This document shows positions 1 through 9,252 of a stretch of 42,721 nucleotides of DNA, piece after piece; the first letter of the stretch is position 1; each line of letters opens with the position of its first letter. Made by a program: the position numbers and the translations under genes. The notes under the pieces are model-generated. The model was given only the letters and a program-made list of their open reading frames with translations, did no database searches and was not told where the DNA came from. The stretch spans positions 1 through 42,721 of the forward strand of contig JAFZEB010000121.1 of the NCBI GenBank assembly GCA_017560855.1, read 5' to 3'. The stretch is from Ruminiclostridium sp. Lineage in GTDB: Bacteria; Bacillota; Clostridia; Oscillospirales; Oscillospiraceae.

Positions 1-1376
1 CGCAGCTCAGCACGGAAGTCGGGGTGAGCAACAGCGATCAGGTTCTCAACGCGCTGCTTAACAGTGCGCTGACGGATCTTAGCAACACCGTACTCGGTGA
101 TGATCATGTCGGTGATGTTTCTGGAAACGGACACGATGGAGCCGGGATCCAGGATGGGAGCGATACGGGAAACGGTGCCCTTCTTAGCAGTGGAGATCTG
201 GCACAGCATGGCTCGGCCGCCCTTGGAGTGGAATGCACCGTATGCGTAGTCGGTAGCACCACCGGTACCGGAGAACTGCAGGTGAGCAACAGCCTCAGCT
301 GCAACCTGACCGGTCAGGTCGATCTGCAGAGCAGCGTTGATGGAAACCATGTTGTCCTGACGTGCGATGTTCTCGGGGTCGTTGGTGTAACGGCCGCGGC
401 GCATCATGACACGGGGATGGTTGTTCAGGTAGTTGTAGGTGAAGTTGTCAGCGATGATGAAAGCACCGACGGACCAGCCCTTATCCAGGTTCTTGTAACG
501 GTTGGTGACAACGCCCTTCTGGATCATACGAGCCATGGAAGCACCGATCTGCTCGGTGTGGATGCCCAGGTCGTGACGGTCCATCAGCTCGAAGCCGATT
601 GCGTTGGGGATGCCGCCGAAGCCCAGCTGGATGCAGTCGCCGTCGTGAACCATCTCAGCAGCGTAGCCAGCGATGGTCTTCTCAGCTTCGCCGATGGGGG
701 GATCCTGCAGCTCGTACAGGGACAGGTCGGACTCGTAGATCACGTCAGCCATGGAGACGGGCAGTGCGCAGTCGCCGGGCAGGTGAGGAATTGCGGGGTT
801 GACCTCGAAGATGATCTTGTCTGCGGAGTAGAAGGACTCCATCTGCCACTGCAGGTCGCAGGAGCAGCAGCAGTAGCCGTGCTCGTCCATGGAGGAAACG
901 CCGACAACGACAACGTTGGGGCGCTTGCAGCGGTGCAGCTCCTGGCCATAGTTGTGCAGGTGGATGGGGAAGTAAGAGACCATGCCGGAGGGATGAGCCT
1001 TACGGAAGTTGCCATCATAGAAGAAGGTGTTGTGATGGAACTTGTCCTTGTACTCAGCATCGTAGATCTTGTACTCGGGGCCCCAGCGATGCACGCAGGT
1101 CCACAGCTCGACGGGGTTGTTAGCGTCGATGCGATCAGCGATGGTGTGCAGGTTGCGCAGCCACATACGGGGCTCGCAAGCGTGGATGGAGTTGACGATG
1201 CAGTCACCGGACTCGATGATAGCCAGAGCGTCTTCCACGGTACCCAGCTTGGACTTGTAGATCTCTTCGTGGGTCATGCCAGCGTAGGCATTGGACAGAT
1301 ACTCTTCATGCTTCTTGTGCTTCTTCAGCATGATGTCGGGGATATAACGAGAATAATTTTCGTAATGTTCGAACAT
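1..1376 (-). CDS. Acetyl-CoA hydrolase/transferase family protein (4-hydroxybutyrate CoA-transferase-like), 3' end runs off the window
   Basis: Not in the ORF track because no stop lies in the window. Manual translation from ATG at 1376 (RBS AGGAGG upstream) gives MFEHYENYSRY...IQLGFGGIPNAIG...LGIHTEQ...SINAALQIDLTGQV...SGTGGATDY...IITEYGVA...IAVAHPDFRAEL, the typical family motifs. Confidence 0.9.
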   Translation of the reverse strand, partial: MFEHYENYSRYIPDIMLKKHKKHEEYLSNAYAGMTHEEIYKSKLGTVEDALAIIESGDCIVNSIHACEPRMWLRNLHTIADRIDANNPVELWTCVHRWGPEYKIYDAEYKDKFHHNTFFYDGNFRKAHPSGMVSYFPIHLHNYGQELHRCKRPNVVVVGVSSMDEHGYCCCSCDLQWQMESFYSADKIIFEVNPAIPHLPGDCALPVSMADVIYESDLSLYELQDPPIGEAEKTIAGYAAEMVHDGDCIQLGFGGIPNAIGFELMDRHDLGIHTEQIGASMARMIQKGVVTNRYKNLDKGWSVGAFIIADNFTYNYLNNHPRVMMRRGRYTNDPENIARQDNMVSINAALQIDLTGQVAAEAVAHLQFSGTGGATDYAYGAFHSKGGRAMLCQISTAKKGTVSRIAPILDPGSIVSVSRNITDMIITEYGVAKIRQRTVKQRVENLIAVAHPDFRAEL

Positions 1377-1664
1377 TTTGGTGTATCCTCCTGTCTTTGA
1401 TTGTACTCCAGTGTGTATGTACACAACTTTACTCACATATTCTACCCCACCTTATAAAAAACGTCAATACAGTCATAGTCCGATAGGTTGCCCAAATTTA
1501 CCTTCTGCTATTTGGGCACTTTGCCAATACCTCTTCAGATAGCCCACAATTTCCATTCTTTTGTCGGATTTTACCTTTGCCTTTGGTCAAAAATCTGCTA
1601 CAATGGGCCAAATCAAGTGGGGGCGATCCCCCTTACCCACAACATCTGTACAGGAGGTTTTTCC

Positions 1665-2057
1665 ATGTTAGCACCCGGACTTTCTCACGAGATCACCTTT
1701 TCCGTCACCCATGACCTGACCGCCAAGACGGTGGGCAGCGGCACCCTGGACGTGCTGGCCACCCCGGTCATGATCGCCAAAATGGAGGAGGCCGCCTGGA
1801 AGGCCGTGGCCGACCACCTGGAGGAGGGCAGCGGCTCCGTGGGCATCCTCATGAACGCCCAGCACCTGAGCGCCACCCCCGTGGGCCTGGAGGTGACCTG
1901 CAAGGCAGAGCTCACCGCCGTGGAAGGCCGGAAGCTGGTCTACAAGGTCACCGCCTGGGACGCCAAAGGCCCCATCGGTGAGGGTGTCCATGAACGCGCC
2001 ATCATCCAGAACGAGCGTTTCGTGGCCAAGGCTTACAGCAAGCTGGAGCAGGTGTAA
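1665..2057 (+). CDS. Hotdog-fold thioesterase, fluoroacetyl-CoA thioesterase (FlK)-like
   Basis: GSGTLDVLATPVMIAKMEEAA and HLSATPVG motifs; ATG 1665 follows RBS AGGAGG. Confidence 0.85.
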   Translation: MLAPGLSHEITFSVTHDLTAKTVGSGTLDVLATPVMIAKMEEAAWKAVADHLEEGSGSVGILMNAQHLSATPVGLEVTCKAELTAVEGRKLVYKVTAWDAKGPIGEGVHERAIIQNERFVAKAYSKLEQV

Positions 2058-2292
2058 GCCCTGTAGTTTTTTCAAAAATTGTATCTTTATGCAGGATATC
2101 AGGCACCCACAACATGACTACATGTTGTGGGTGCCTTCGTCATTATCCCACTCTTTGTTGTTATTGCGACTCTATTTTGTCATTTTTTGTTGTTAATTCC
2201 GCATTATTTTACATTTTTCTTGATTTTTTCTTACATTTATGTTACAATGCGGTTACAATCGTAAATAATCAGAAACAGGAGTCGATTGAATC

Positions 2293-3240
2293 ATGAAGAA
2301 ACACCTGCCCAGTGCGGCTGTATTGACCGCACTTCTGCTGGTGCTTTGCCTGCAAGCATTCGCCGCAGAACGTTCCTCCTTCGATTCCGGTCTGAGTACG
2401 TCGGCTTCCTCCGGCGGCGGGTATATCTTTACCCAGAGCCAGGAACCCACTTACACCGATTACACGGATGTGATCCCCGTTCTCACCGCCGCACCCACCA
2501 ACGGGAACCTTCGTACCGCACCGGACATCACCGTCAACGGCAAATCCATCGGCCACCTGGCCGAACGAGCCATGGTGAACAGCACACCCTATGCCGAAGC
2601 CGGTCCCATTCTGGAGGCCCTGTATCCCGACATCTCCCTGGCCACCCAAGACGGCCACCTGACCGCCACCTCCTCGGAGCTGTCCTTCCACGCTATCGCA
2701 GAGGACTGCTATGTGCTGGTCAACGACCGATACCTCTATGTCCCAGACGGTGTCCTGCTCCAGAACGGAGAGATCCTTCTGCCCGTAAGCGTCCTGGCCG
2801 AAGCCCTGGGCTGCACCATCCAGGGACTGGGGGCGGAAGAAGATATCGTCCTGAAACAGGTTGCCCCTGCGGTCACAGCCCGTACTTACAACGAAGAGGA
2901 CCTCTACTGGCTCTCCCACGCCATCTTTGCCGAGTCCGGCAACCAGCCCATGAAGGGCCGGATCGCCGTGGGCACCGTCATTCTGAACCGAGTGGCCGAT
3001 CCCACTTTCCCCAACACGGTAGAGGAGGTCATCTTCCAGCCCAACCAGTTCTCCCCCGTGGCCAACGGCACCATCTACCGGGATCCCGACAAGGACAGCA
3101 TCGTGGCTGCCAAGCTCTGCCTGGACGGCGTGAAGGAGGCCGACGACTGCCTCTACTTCAACGTGACCACCATGTATTCCTGGGCAGATCGGGCCCGCAC
3201 CTATTTCTGCACCATCGGCGGACACAATTTCTATTTGTGA
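2293..3240 (+). CDS. Secreted cell wall hydrolase (SleB/Hydrolase_2 C-terminal domain)
   Basis: N-terminal signal peptide; C-terminal LSHAIFAESG...VGTVILNRV...FPNTVEEVIFQPNQFSPV...IGGHNFY. Confidence 0.85.
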   Translation: MKKHLPSAAVLTALLLVLCLQAFAAERSSFDSGLSTSASSGGGYIFTQSQEPTYTDYTDVIPVLTAAPTNGNLRTAPDITVNGKSIGHLAERAMVNSTPYAEAGPILEALYPDISLATQDGHLTATSSELSFHAIAEDCYVLVNDRYLYVPDGVLLQNGEILLPVSVLAEALGCTIQGLGAEEDIVLKQVAPAVTARTYNEEDLYWLSHAIFAESGNQPMKGRIAVGTVILNRVADPTFPNTVEEVIFQPNQFSPVANGTIYRDPDKDSIVAAKLCLDGVKEADDCLYFNVTTMYSWADRARTYFCTIGGHNFYL

Positions 3241-3280
3241 CACCTTTCGATACTCCATACTCTTCTTTCTCTGCAGTGAT

Positions 3281-3313
3281 GCAAAAGGCGGCCCTACTGG
3301 GGCCGCTTTTTGC
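3281..3313 (+). terminator. Rho-independent terminator after the cell wall hydrolase gene
   Basis: GCAAAAGGCGGCCC-TACT-GGGGCCGCTTTTTGC stem-loop with T tract. Confidence 0.7.
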
Positions 3314-3320
3314 GTTCAGC

Positions 3321-3491
3321 ACAAGAAAAAGACCAGGTTTCACCGAACTTTCCTTGTGAGTGGGCTTGCAGCCTGACTGCGCGCGCCCTACGGGCACACC
3401 AGCAGGCTGATAAGTATGTTTTCCGATGCACATGTCATCAGAAAACATGATCAGATCCTATTTGCTGCCTGCGGGCAGCAAACTCTGCGAG
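3321..3491 (-). repeat. Four-hairpin intergenic repeat, copy A
   Basis: Its reverse complement aligns with 10116-10297 and 30467-30638 (CTCGYAGAGTTT-stem-CGCA-stem-AAAT...GTTTTC-stem-RAAAAC...CRGCCTGC...CAGGCYGC). Confidence 0.75.
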
Positions 3492-3577
3492 ACTATGAGA
3501 CCAGATCCCCAGGTGGATCCGGCAAAAAACAGCGGTATTTTCCTTCCTAAAAATTTTTGATTTTTTGAAATTTCCTC

Positions 3578-3605
3578 TTGACTTTTTCCGCACACCTGCT
3601 ATAAT
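3578..3605 (+). promoter_or_regulatory. Sigma-A promoter of tRNA-Ser copy 1
   Basis: TTGACT-16 nt-TATAAT with a TG extension. Confidence 0.7.
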
Positions 3606-3646
3606 AGCATTGTTGTCTGCAAGGCAACAAAATAGAATATCTACTT

Positions 3647-3739
3647 GGAGAAGTCGCGTAGTCCGGCCGAGCGCGCACGATTGGAAATCGTGTAGGCCCC
3701 AAAAGGGTCTCGAGGGTTCAAATCCCTCCTTCTCCGCCA
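3647..3739 (+). tRNA. tRNA-Ser(GGA), copy 1
   Basis: GGAGAAG/CTTCTCC acceptor stem, anticodon arm CACGA-TTGGAAA-TCGTG, long variable arm, GGTTCAAATCC T-arm, encoded CCA. Confidence 0.97.
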
Positions 3740-3836
3740 AAAAAGTCCTGAAGATTTTTCTTCGGGACTTTTCTTTATTCCCTTCAAACCTGGAAACACA
3801 CTTGTAAATTTATCCCCGGATGCCATCAATTTACCC

Positions 3837-3864
3837 TTGACATTTTCCAAAGTTCTGCTATAAT
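3837..3864 (+). promoter_or_regulatory. Sigma-A promoter of tRNA-Ser copy 2
   Basis: TTGACA-16 nt-TATAAT with a TG extension. Confidence 0.7.
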
Positions 3865-3906
3865 AATCAACGTTGTCTGCAAGGCAACAAAACAGAATAT
3901 CTACTT

Positions 3907-3999
3907 GGAGAAGTCGCGTAGTCCGGCCGAGCGCGCACGATTGGAAATCGTGTAGGCCCCAAAAGGGTCTCGAGGGTTCAAATCCCTCCTTCTCCGCCA
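3907..3999 (+). tRNA. tRNA-Ser(GGA), copy 2 (identical to copy 1)
   Basis: Same sequence as 3647-3739; followed by terminator AAAAGAGCAAGTCG-TAT-CGACTTGCTCTTTT. Confidence 0.97.
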
Positions 4000-4139
4000 A
4001 AAAGAGCAAGTCGTATCGACTTGCTCTTTTCTTTTTCCCCGCCTGCAATTCACCATTCCCTTTCCCCAACATTTCTTGTAAAATGCATGTAACCAAACTG
4101 TTCCATTTCCCGTCTGTATGAGGGAAAGGAGGGATCCCC

Positions 4140-4700
4140 ATGAACGACACCCGCATCATAGATCTCTACTGGGCCCGCTCGGAAGAGGCCATCCGCGAAA
4201 CTGACCTGAAATATGGCCCCTACTGCCGCACCATCGCCTGGAACATCCTCCAGGACCGGGAGGACAGCGAGGAGTGCGTCAACGACACCTGGCTCCAGGC
4301 CTGGAACGCCATGCCCCCTAAGAAACCCAGTCTGCTGAAAGCCTTCCTGGGGAAGATCACCAGGAACCTGGCTCTGGATAAGTACCGGTTCTATCACACC
4401 CAGAAACGGGGTGGCCGAGAGACCGACCTGGCCCTGGAGGAGCTGAGGGGCTGCATCCCCCACCCATCCACCACAGAGCAGGCCGTGGACGACCTGGCTC
4501 TGACCCAGGCCCTGGACCGGTTTCTGGCAGGGCTGAAACCCGAAACCCGGAAGCTCTTCCTCCGGCGGTACTGGTACGCCAGCCCCATCCGGGACATCGC
4601 CCGGGACTATGGGATGTCAGAAAGCAAGGTGAAGACCACCCTCTTCCGAACCCGGGAGAAGCTGAGAGTTTTTCTGGAACAGGAGGGGATCACACTATGA
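4140..4700 (+). CDS. ECF-type RNA polymerase sigma factor
   Basis: Region 2 (DSEECVNDTWLQAW...FLGKITRNLALD) and region 4 HTH (IRDIARDYGMSESKVKTTLFRTR). Confidence 0.9.
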   Translation: MNDTRIIDLYWARSEEAIRETDLKYGPYCRTIAWNILQDREDSEECVNDTWLQAWNAMPPKKPSLLKAFLGKITRNLALDKYRFYHTQKRGGRETDLALEELRGCIPHPSTTEQAVDDLALTQALDRFLAGLKPETRKLFLRRYWYASPIRDIARDYGMSESKVKTTLFRTREKLRVFLEQEGITL

Positions 4701-5854
4701 AACATTTCCGCATTTTCCACGCCCTCACCAATGTGAAGGAGGAATATATCCAGGAGGCGGCACCGCCTGGCAAGCCCAAACGGCAGTGGTGGAAGGCCGG
4801 GGCTGGTCTGGCGGCCTGTCTGTGTCTGGCGGCCGTCCTGGTCACCGTCCCCTTCGGGGGGCGAGGGGGCTGTGTCGAAAACGCCCCGCCCGACTGGGAC
4901 TACAACCTGACCGCCAGCCCCGACGGAGAGTATGTCTATTTCTGCTATGAGGATGCCGTCTACCGCCACACCCCAGGAGACAAGCACCCCACCAAGCTGA
5001 CCGAGTACATCGGGGTCGATGTGCCGGCCGAGTTTAATGGTACCTTCCGCCAGACTGAAACCGGCTTCTACTGCATCGACCAGGACACCGGAACTGTATA
5101 CCGGGCGGAGGGCACCCAACTCTTCCATCTGGGGACCATCCCGGTGAACGAAACTGTGATTCGTCAGTTCCAGTTCATCAACTATCAGGACGACACCATC
5201 TACTGGTCCTGCCGGGAGCATTACGACGACCCGGAATATGTAGTCTACGCCACCAGCTGCACCGGCAGTCAGACCCTGCGGCTCTTTAGCACACCAGCCT
5301 TTGGCCACAGCGAGGTCTCCTACCGGGAGCACATGGCAGGAGACAGCATTTACTTCATGGCCAAGGGGGGCATTCTGCAGCGGTACGACCTGGAGACCCA
5401 GGAGGTCGTGGTGGTCTACAACCACTTCTGGTCCATGAAGGCAGAACCCGTGGAGTGGTACTTCTTTGAAGATTTCCTTCTGTGCCGGTGCATCCAGTAC
5501 GAACCCAATGGGGACGGGACCCACCACCAGACGGGACACCCCTTCTACACCCTGCCCTACGACGGCAGGGATGCCTATCCTCTCACCGATGCCACCAACT
5601 TTGGGGCAGCCCCCGTCTATGCCGACGGCTCTCTCTGGTACGCCACCCTCCTCTATCCTGACGGAGAAAAGACCCTGCCCTTTGTGTCCTGTGATCCGGT
5701 CAGCGGAACCATCACCCCCATCCATGAGATCGAGGACAGCCCGGAGTACCTGGCCGTGTGCGGCAATGGCCTGTATTATGTGGACGACTACGCACTCCGC
5801 TGTCTGGACCTGAACACCGGCAAAGATACCTGTATCCTCAAATGGGACCGATAA
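4697..5854 (+). CDS. Putative membrane-anchored anti-sigma factor with extracellular beta-propeller-like domain
   Basis: ATGA overlap with the sigma gene; N-terminal ALTNVKEEYIQEA followed by a TM segment (AACLCLAAVLV); YY/YF-rich beta repeats. Confidence 0.65.
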   Translation: MKHFRIFHALTNVKEEYIQEAAPPGKPKRQWWKAGAGLAACLCLAAVLVTVPFGGRGGCVENAPPDWDYNLTASPDGEYVYFCYEDAVYRHTPGDKHPTKLTEYIGVDVPAEFNGTFRQTETGFYCIDQDTGTVYRAEGTQLFHLGTIPVNETVIRQFQFINYQDDTIYWSCREHYDDPEYVVYATSCTGSQTLRLFSTPAFGHSEVSYREHMAGDSIYFMAKGGILQRYDLETQEVVVVYNHFWSMKAEPVEWYFFEDFLLCRCIQYEPNGDGTHHQTGHPFYTLPYDGRDAYPLTDATNFGAAPVYADGSLWYATLLYPDGEKTLPFVSCDPVSGTITPIHEIEDSPEYLAVCGNGLYYVDDYALRCLDLNTGKDTCILKWDR

Positions 5855-6067
5855 CCACCTCAAATAGGGCTGTCATGTTCTCTTATACCCCACAATCTTT
5901 ATCCTTTTATAAGGAATTTTTCCTTCAAAAACCCGCTCTTTTCCGACCAAAAATACAGTCTCAGCGATTGACAATATCTGCCGGGAGGCGTACAATACTA
6001 TTGTATGTATATACGTAACCGCGAAGGTATCATTGAAAATAACGATTCAATCGGAGGTAAGGACATC

Positions 6068-7258
6068 ATGAAATTTTCCAGCAAGATTGAAAAGTGCGGT
6101 CTGTCCCCCATGCGTAAGTTCCACCCCTTTGCAGTGGCAGCTAAGGCTAAGGGCCGTAACATCTATCACCTGAACATCGGCCAGCCCGATGTTGAGACCC
6201 CCAAGGCATTCTTCGATGCAGTCAAGGCTTTCGAGCAGCCCGTTCTGGAGTACGCAGCATCCCCCGGTCTGCCCGAGCTGATCGATGCAATCCAGGCTTA
6301 CTATGACAACCTGAACATGCACTTCGAGAAGGACGAGATCCAGATCACCGTCGGCGGTTCCGAGGCTCTGCAGATCGTTCTGTCCACCATCCTGGACGAG
6401 GGCGACGAGATCCTGATCCCCGAACCCTACTACCCCAACTACAACACCATGGTCGCTCTGACCGGCGGCGTCATCAAGCCCATCACCACCACCCCCGAGG
6501 AAGGCTATCACTATGCTGACCGCGCTAAGGTCGAGGCCTGCATCACCGAGAAGACCCGCGCTATCATGATCACCAACCCCGGTAACCCCACCGGCGTGGT
6601 CCTGACCCCCGAAGAGCAGCGCCTGATGGTCGACATCGCCAAGGAGCACAACCTGTTCATCATCGGCGACGAGGCTTACCGTGAGTTCGTCTACGGCGGC
6701 GAGCCCCTGCAGTCCCTGGGCGAGTACACCGACGCTGCTGAGAACGTCATCGTTCTGGACACCGTCTCCAAGCGCTTCTCCGCTTGCGGCGCTCGTGTCG
6801 GCTGCATCCTGTCCCGCAACAAGGAACTGATGAGCCACTGCATGAAGATGTGCCAGGCACGTCTGTGCGTTGCTACCCTGGACCAGGTGGGTTCCACCGC
6901 TCTGTACTCCGTCGGCCCCGAGTACTTCGCTGCTGTCCGTGACGAGTACAAGCTGCGCCGCGACACCTGCGTTGCTAAGCTGGAAAAGATGCCCGGCGTC
7001 ATCTTCTCCTGCCCCAAGGGCGCATTCTACATCATGGCTGCTCTGCCCGTTGACGATGCAGACAAGTTCCAGCAGTGGCTGCTGGAGGAGTTCGAAGACA
7101 ACGGCGACACCGTCATGTTCTCCCCCGCAGAGTCCATGTACGCAACTCCCGGCAAGGGCAAGAACGAGATCCGTATGGCTTACGTTCTGGAAGCTGATAA
7201 GCTGGCCCGCGCTATGGACCTGCTGGCTCTGGGCCTGGAGAAGTACAACAGCAAGTAA
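6068..7258 (+). CDS. PLP-dependent aminotransferase class I/II (aspartate aminotransferase-like)
   Basis: HLNIGQPD, TNPGNPTG, DEAY, SKRFSACGARVG motifs; RBS GGAGG before ATG 6068. Confidence 0.92.
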   Translation: MKFSSKIEKCGLSPMRKFHPFAVAAKAKGRNIYHLNIGQPDVETPKAFFDAVKAFEQPVLEYAASPGLPELIDAIQAYYDNLNMHFEKDEIQITVGGSEALQIVLSTILDEGDEILIPEPYYPNYNTMVALTGGVIKPITTTPEEGYHYADRAKVEACITEKTRAIMITNPGNPTGVVLTPEEQRLMVDIAKEHNLFIIGDEAYREFVYGGEPLQSLGEYTDAAENVIVLDTVSKRFSACGARVGCILSRNKELMSHCMKMCQARLCVATLDQVGSTALYSVGPEYFAAVRDEYKLRRDTCVAKLEKMPGVIFSCPKGAFYIMAALPVDDADKFQQWLLEEFEDNGDTVMFSPAESMYATPGKGKNEIRMAYVLEADKLARAMDLLALGLEKYNSK

Positions 7259-7278
7259 TTCTCTTTCCAAGCAATATG

Positions 7279-7311
7279 AAACCCGGCGTGACCGAAGTCA
7301 CGCCGGGTTTT
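7279..7311 (+). terminator. Rho-independent terminator
   Basis: AAACCCGGCGTGAC-CGAA-GTCACGCCGGGTTTT. Confidence 0.8.
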
Positions 7312-7343
7312 TATGCTTTTAAACGCATTGTCGGTATGAGTAC

Positions 7344-7574
7344 GTAGGGGCGGATAGCATCCGCCCGAATTACGTTCCGGGTCATCGCCACGTTGGCGGG
7401 CGGCTGATAGCCGCCCCTACATAATATGTCGGCAGGTTTGACCATGTAGGGGCGAACTGCGTTCGCCTGCGGGACGATGCGGGCACCTTCCCCCCAGGGG
7501 GAAGGCTTCTCTTCCAGGCAACGGCAAGGCTTCTCCCCGGGGAGAAGCTGTCACCGCAGGTGACTGATGAGGGG
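7344..7574. repeat. Cluster of REP-like palindromes (GTAGGGGCG class and CTTCYCCC..GGGRGAAG class)
   Basis: GTAGGGGCGGATAGCATCCGCCCG (7344), inverted CGGGCGGCTGATAGCCGCCCCTAC (7397-7420), GTAGGGGCGAACTGCGTTCGCC (7446), CCTTCCCCCAGGGGGAAGG, CTTCTCCCCGGGGAGAAG...TGATGAGGGG. Confidence 0.8.
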
Positions 7575-7587
7575 GGCAGTACCGCAC

Positions 7588-8148
7588 TCACCCCACGCCC
7601 ACCAACCCCAGCAGCAGACTGATGGCTCCGCAGAGGGCCATCACCAGAATGGGGCTCCACTTAAACTTTCGCAGCAGGAAAAAGCCCAGACAGAACAGCA
7701 GAGCGCCGATCCAGTTTACGGTCTCCAGGGTCATGCCATCGGCAAAAAGGACCTGGCCCAGAATGGACAGGCCCGCCCCGGCAATCAGGGCCACCACCGC
7801 CGGGCGCAGGCTGGAGAGAATGCTCTGCAGCAGGGTCAGCCCCTTATAGCGGTAGTAGACGAATCCCATCAGGGACACGATGACCAGGGCAGGGGTCACA
7901 AAGCCCAGGGTCCCCACCAATCCCCCCAATACGCCGCCCACACGGATCCCCGCAAAGGTGGCGGCATTGATGGCCAGGGGCCCGGGGGTCATCTCCGCAA
8001 TGGCGATGAGATCGGTGAACTCTGCCAGAGAGAGCCAGGAGTGCAGCTCCACCACCTGGTTCTGAATCAGGGGCAAGGCTGCGTAGCCGCCGCCAATGGC
8101 AAACAGACCAACCTGGACAAAGGACAGGTACAGCTGCAGATAGATCAC
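7588..8148 (-). CDS. Chromate transporter family, short-chain subunit 2
   Basis: GLFAIGGGYAA and AEMTPGPLAINAATFAG motifs; GTG start overlaps the upstream stop (GTGA). Confidence 0.88.
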   Translation of the reverse strand: MIYLQLYLSFVQVGLFAIGGGYAALPLIQNQVVELHSWLSLAEFTDLIAIAEMTPGPLAINAATFAGIRVGGVLGGLVGTLGFVTPALVIVSLMGFVYYRYKGLTLLQSILSSLRPAVVALIAGAGLSILGQVLFADGMTLETVNWIGALLFCLGFFLLRKFKWSPILVMALCGAISLLLGLVGVG

Positions 8149-8741
8149 GCCGCCGCCCCCTTTCTCTTCCCCCACAGGGTCCGAAGGATGCCCAGAAGGG
8201 CCGCCCCCAGGATGATGAAGACCACGTTCAGATCAAAGACAAAGGTGGCCACGAAGGCCGCCGCCAGGATGACATAGTTCAGGGCAGACTTCCCCTTGAC
8301 AAGGCTCGCCCCCATGGAGCAGACCACATCCAGAAAGACCGCCGCCACGCCGGCCTGCATCCCCTTCAGGGCCAGAGCCACCCAGGGATTGGAAGCAAAG
8401 GCATCGTAAAAGAAGGAGATCACGGTGATGATGGTCACAGGAGGGATGACAGTGCCCAGAACGGACACCAGCATCCCGGGAAGTCCCGCCTTCCGCCAGC
8501 CCACCAGGATGGAGGTGTTGATGGCCATGGCACCCGGGCAGGACTGGGCCAGGGCGATGAGGTCCAGCATCTCCTCCTCCTCGATCCAGTGGAGCTGGTC
8601 CACGAATTTTTTCCGCATGAAGGTGACAATGACAAAGCCCCCGCCGAAGGTGAAGGCACTGATATAAAGCATGCTGAGGAAGAGCTTCCCCAACGGGACC
8701 CCCTTGGCTGCAGAATCCTCCACAGACACCCTCCTTTCCAA
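8145..8741 (-). CDS. Chromate transporter family, short-chain subunit 1
   Basis: AFTFGGGFVI and ALAQSCPGAMAIN motifs; exact start uncertain. Confidence 0.88.
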   Translation of the reverse strand: MERRVSVEDSAAKGVPLGKLFLSMLYISAFTFGGGFVIVTFMRKKFVDQLHWIEEEEMLDLIALAQSCPGAMAINTSILVGWRKAGLPGMLVSVLGTVIPPVTIITVISFFYDAFASNPWVALALKGMQAGVAAVFLDVVCSMGASLVKGKSALNYVILAAAFVATFVFDLNVVFIILGAALLGILRTLWGKRKGAAA

Positions 8742-8780
8742 GACACAAGGGCCGCCGCCATCGGCAGCAGCCCCAATCGT

Positions 8781-9152
8781 TTATTCCTGATACTGGTCGA
8801 TGAGGTTCTTCAGCTGGTCAGCCTCCTGGGCAGTGAGCTTCTTCCCGCCCATAAAGGCCGTCAGAAACCCAGGCAGGGACCCGCCGAAGGTACGGCCCAC
8901 AAAGTCCTCGGCAGCGTAGTTGTCCACCTTTTCCCGGGGGACCGCCACGGTGACCATGGCCTTCTCGTTGTTCAAAAGCCCCTTGTCGCACATCTTCTTC
9001 AGCACGGTGTAGGTGGTGGACTTTTTCCATCCCAGCTTCTCTCCGCACAGACGCACGATCTCGCCGGAGCCCACAGGGGCATGCTCCCACACGATCTGCA
9101 TAAAGCGGTACTCACTGGCCGCAATATGATACTCCATACTCTTTTCCTCCAT
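8781..9152 (-). CDS. BlaI/MecI/CopY family transcriptional regulator
   Basis: SEYRFMQIVW...WKKSTTYTVLKKMCDKG...FGGSLPGFLTAF; upstream promoter TTGACA-17-TAAACT (9203-9175). Confidence 0.88.
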   Translation of the reverse strand: MEEKSMEYHIAASEYRFMQIVWEHAPVGSGEIVRLCGEKLGWKKSTTYTVLKKMCDKGLLNNEKAMVTVAVPREKVDNYAAEDFVGRTFGGSLPGFLTAFMGGKKLTAQEADQLKNLIDQYQE

Positions 9153-9215
9153 TGACAGGATATTCTTCCTCTATAGTTTATACCCCTAGACCCACTCTGT
9201 CAAGGGGGGAGTTCA

Positions 9216-9252
9216 AAAAGGTCCGCCGTTCCCGGAGAACGGCGGACCTTTT
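9216..9252 (-). terminator. Terminator after uppP
   Basis: AAAAGGTCCGCCGTTC-CCGGA-GAACGGCGGACCTTTT. Confidence 0.75.

Noticed and set aside
24-1400. 458-aa plus-strand ORF
   Set aside because: Antisense shadow of the minus-strand CoA-transferase, which has the RBS and family motifs.
3647-3999. tRNA-Ser duplication as attL/attR of a mini-element
   Set aside because: Both copies are full-length with their own promoter and leader, and no integrase or cargo lies between them.
3438-4159. ORFs overlapping the tRNA-Ser genes (MAEKEGFEPSRPF...)
   Set aside because: Spurious translations of tRNA sequence.
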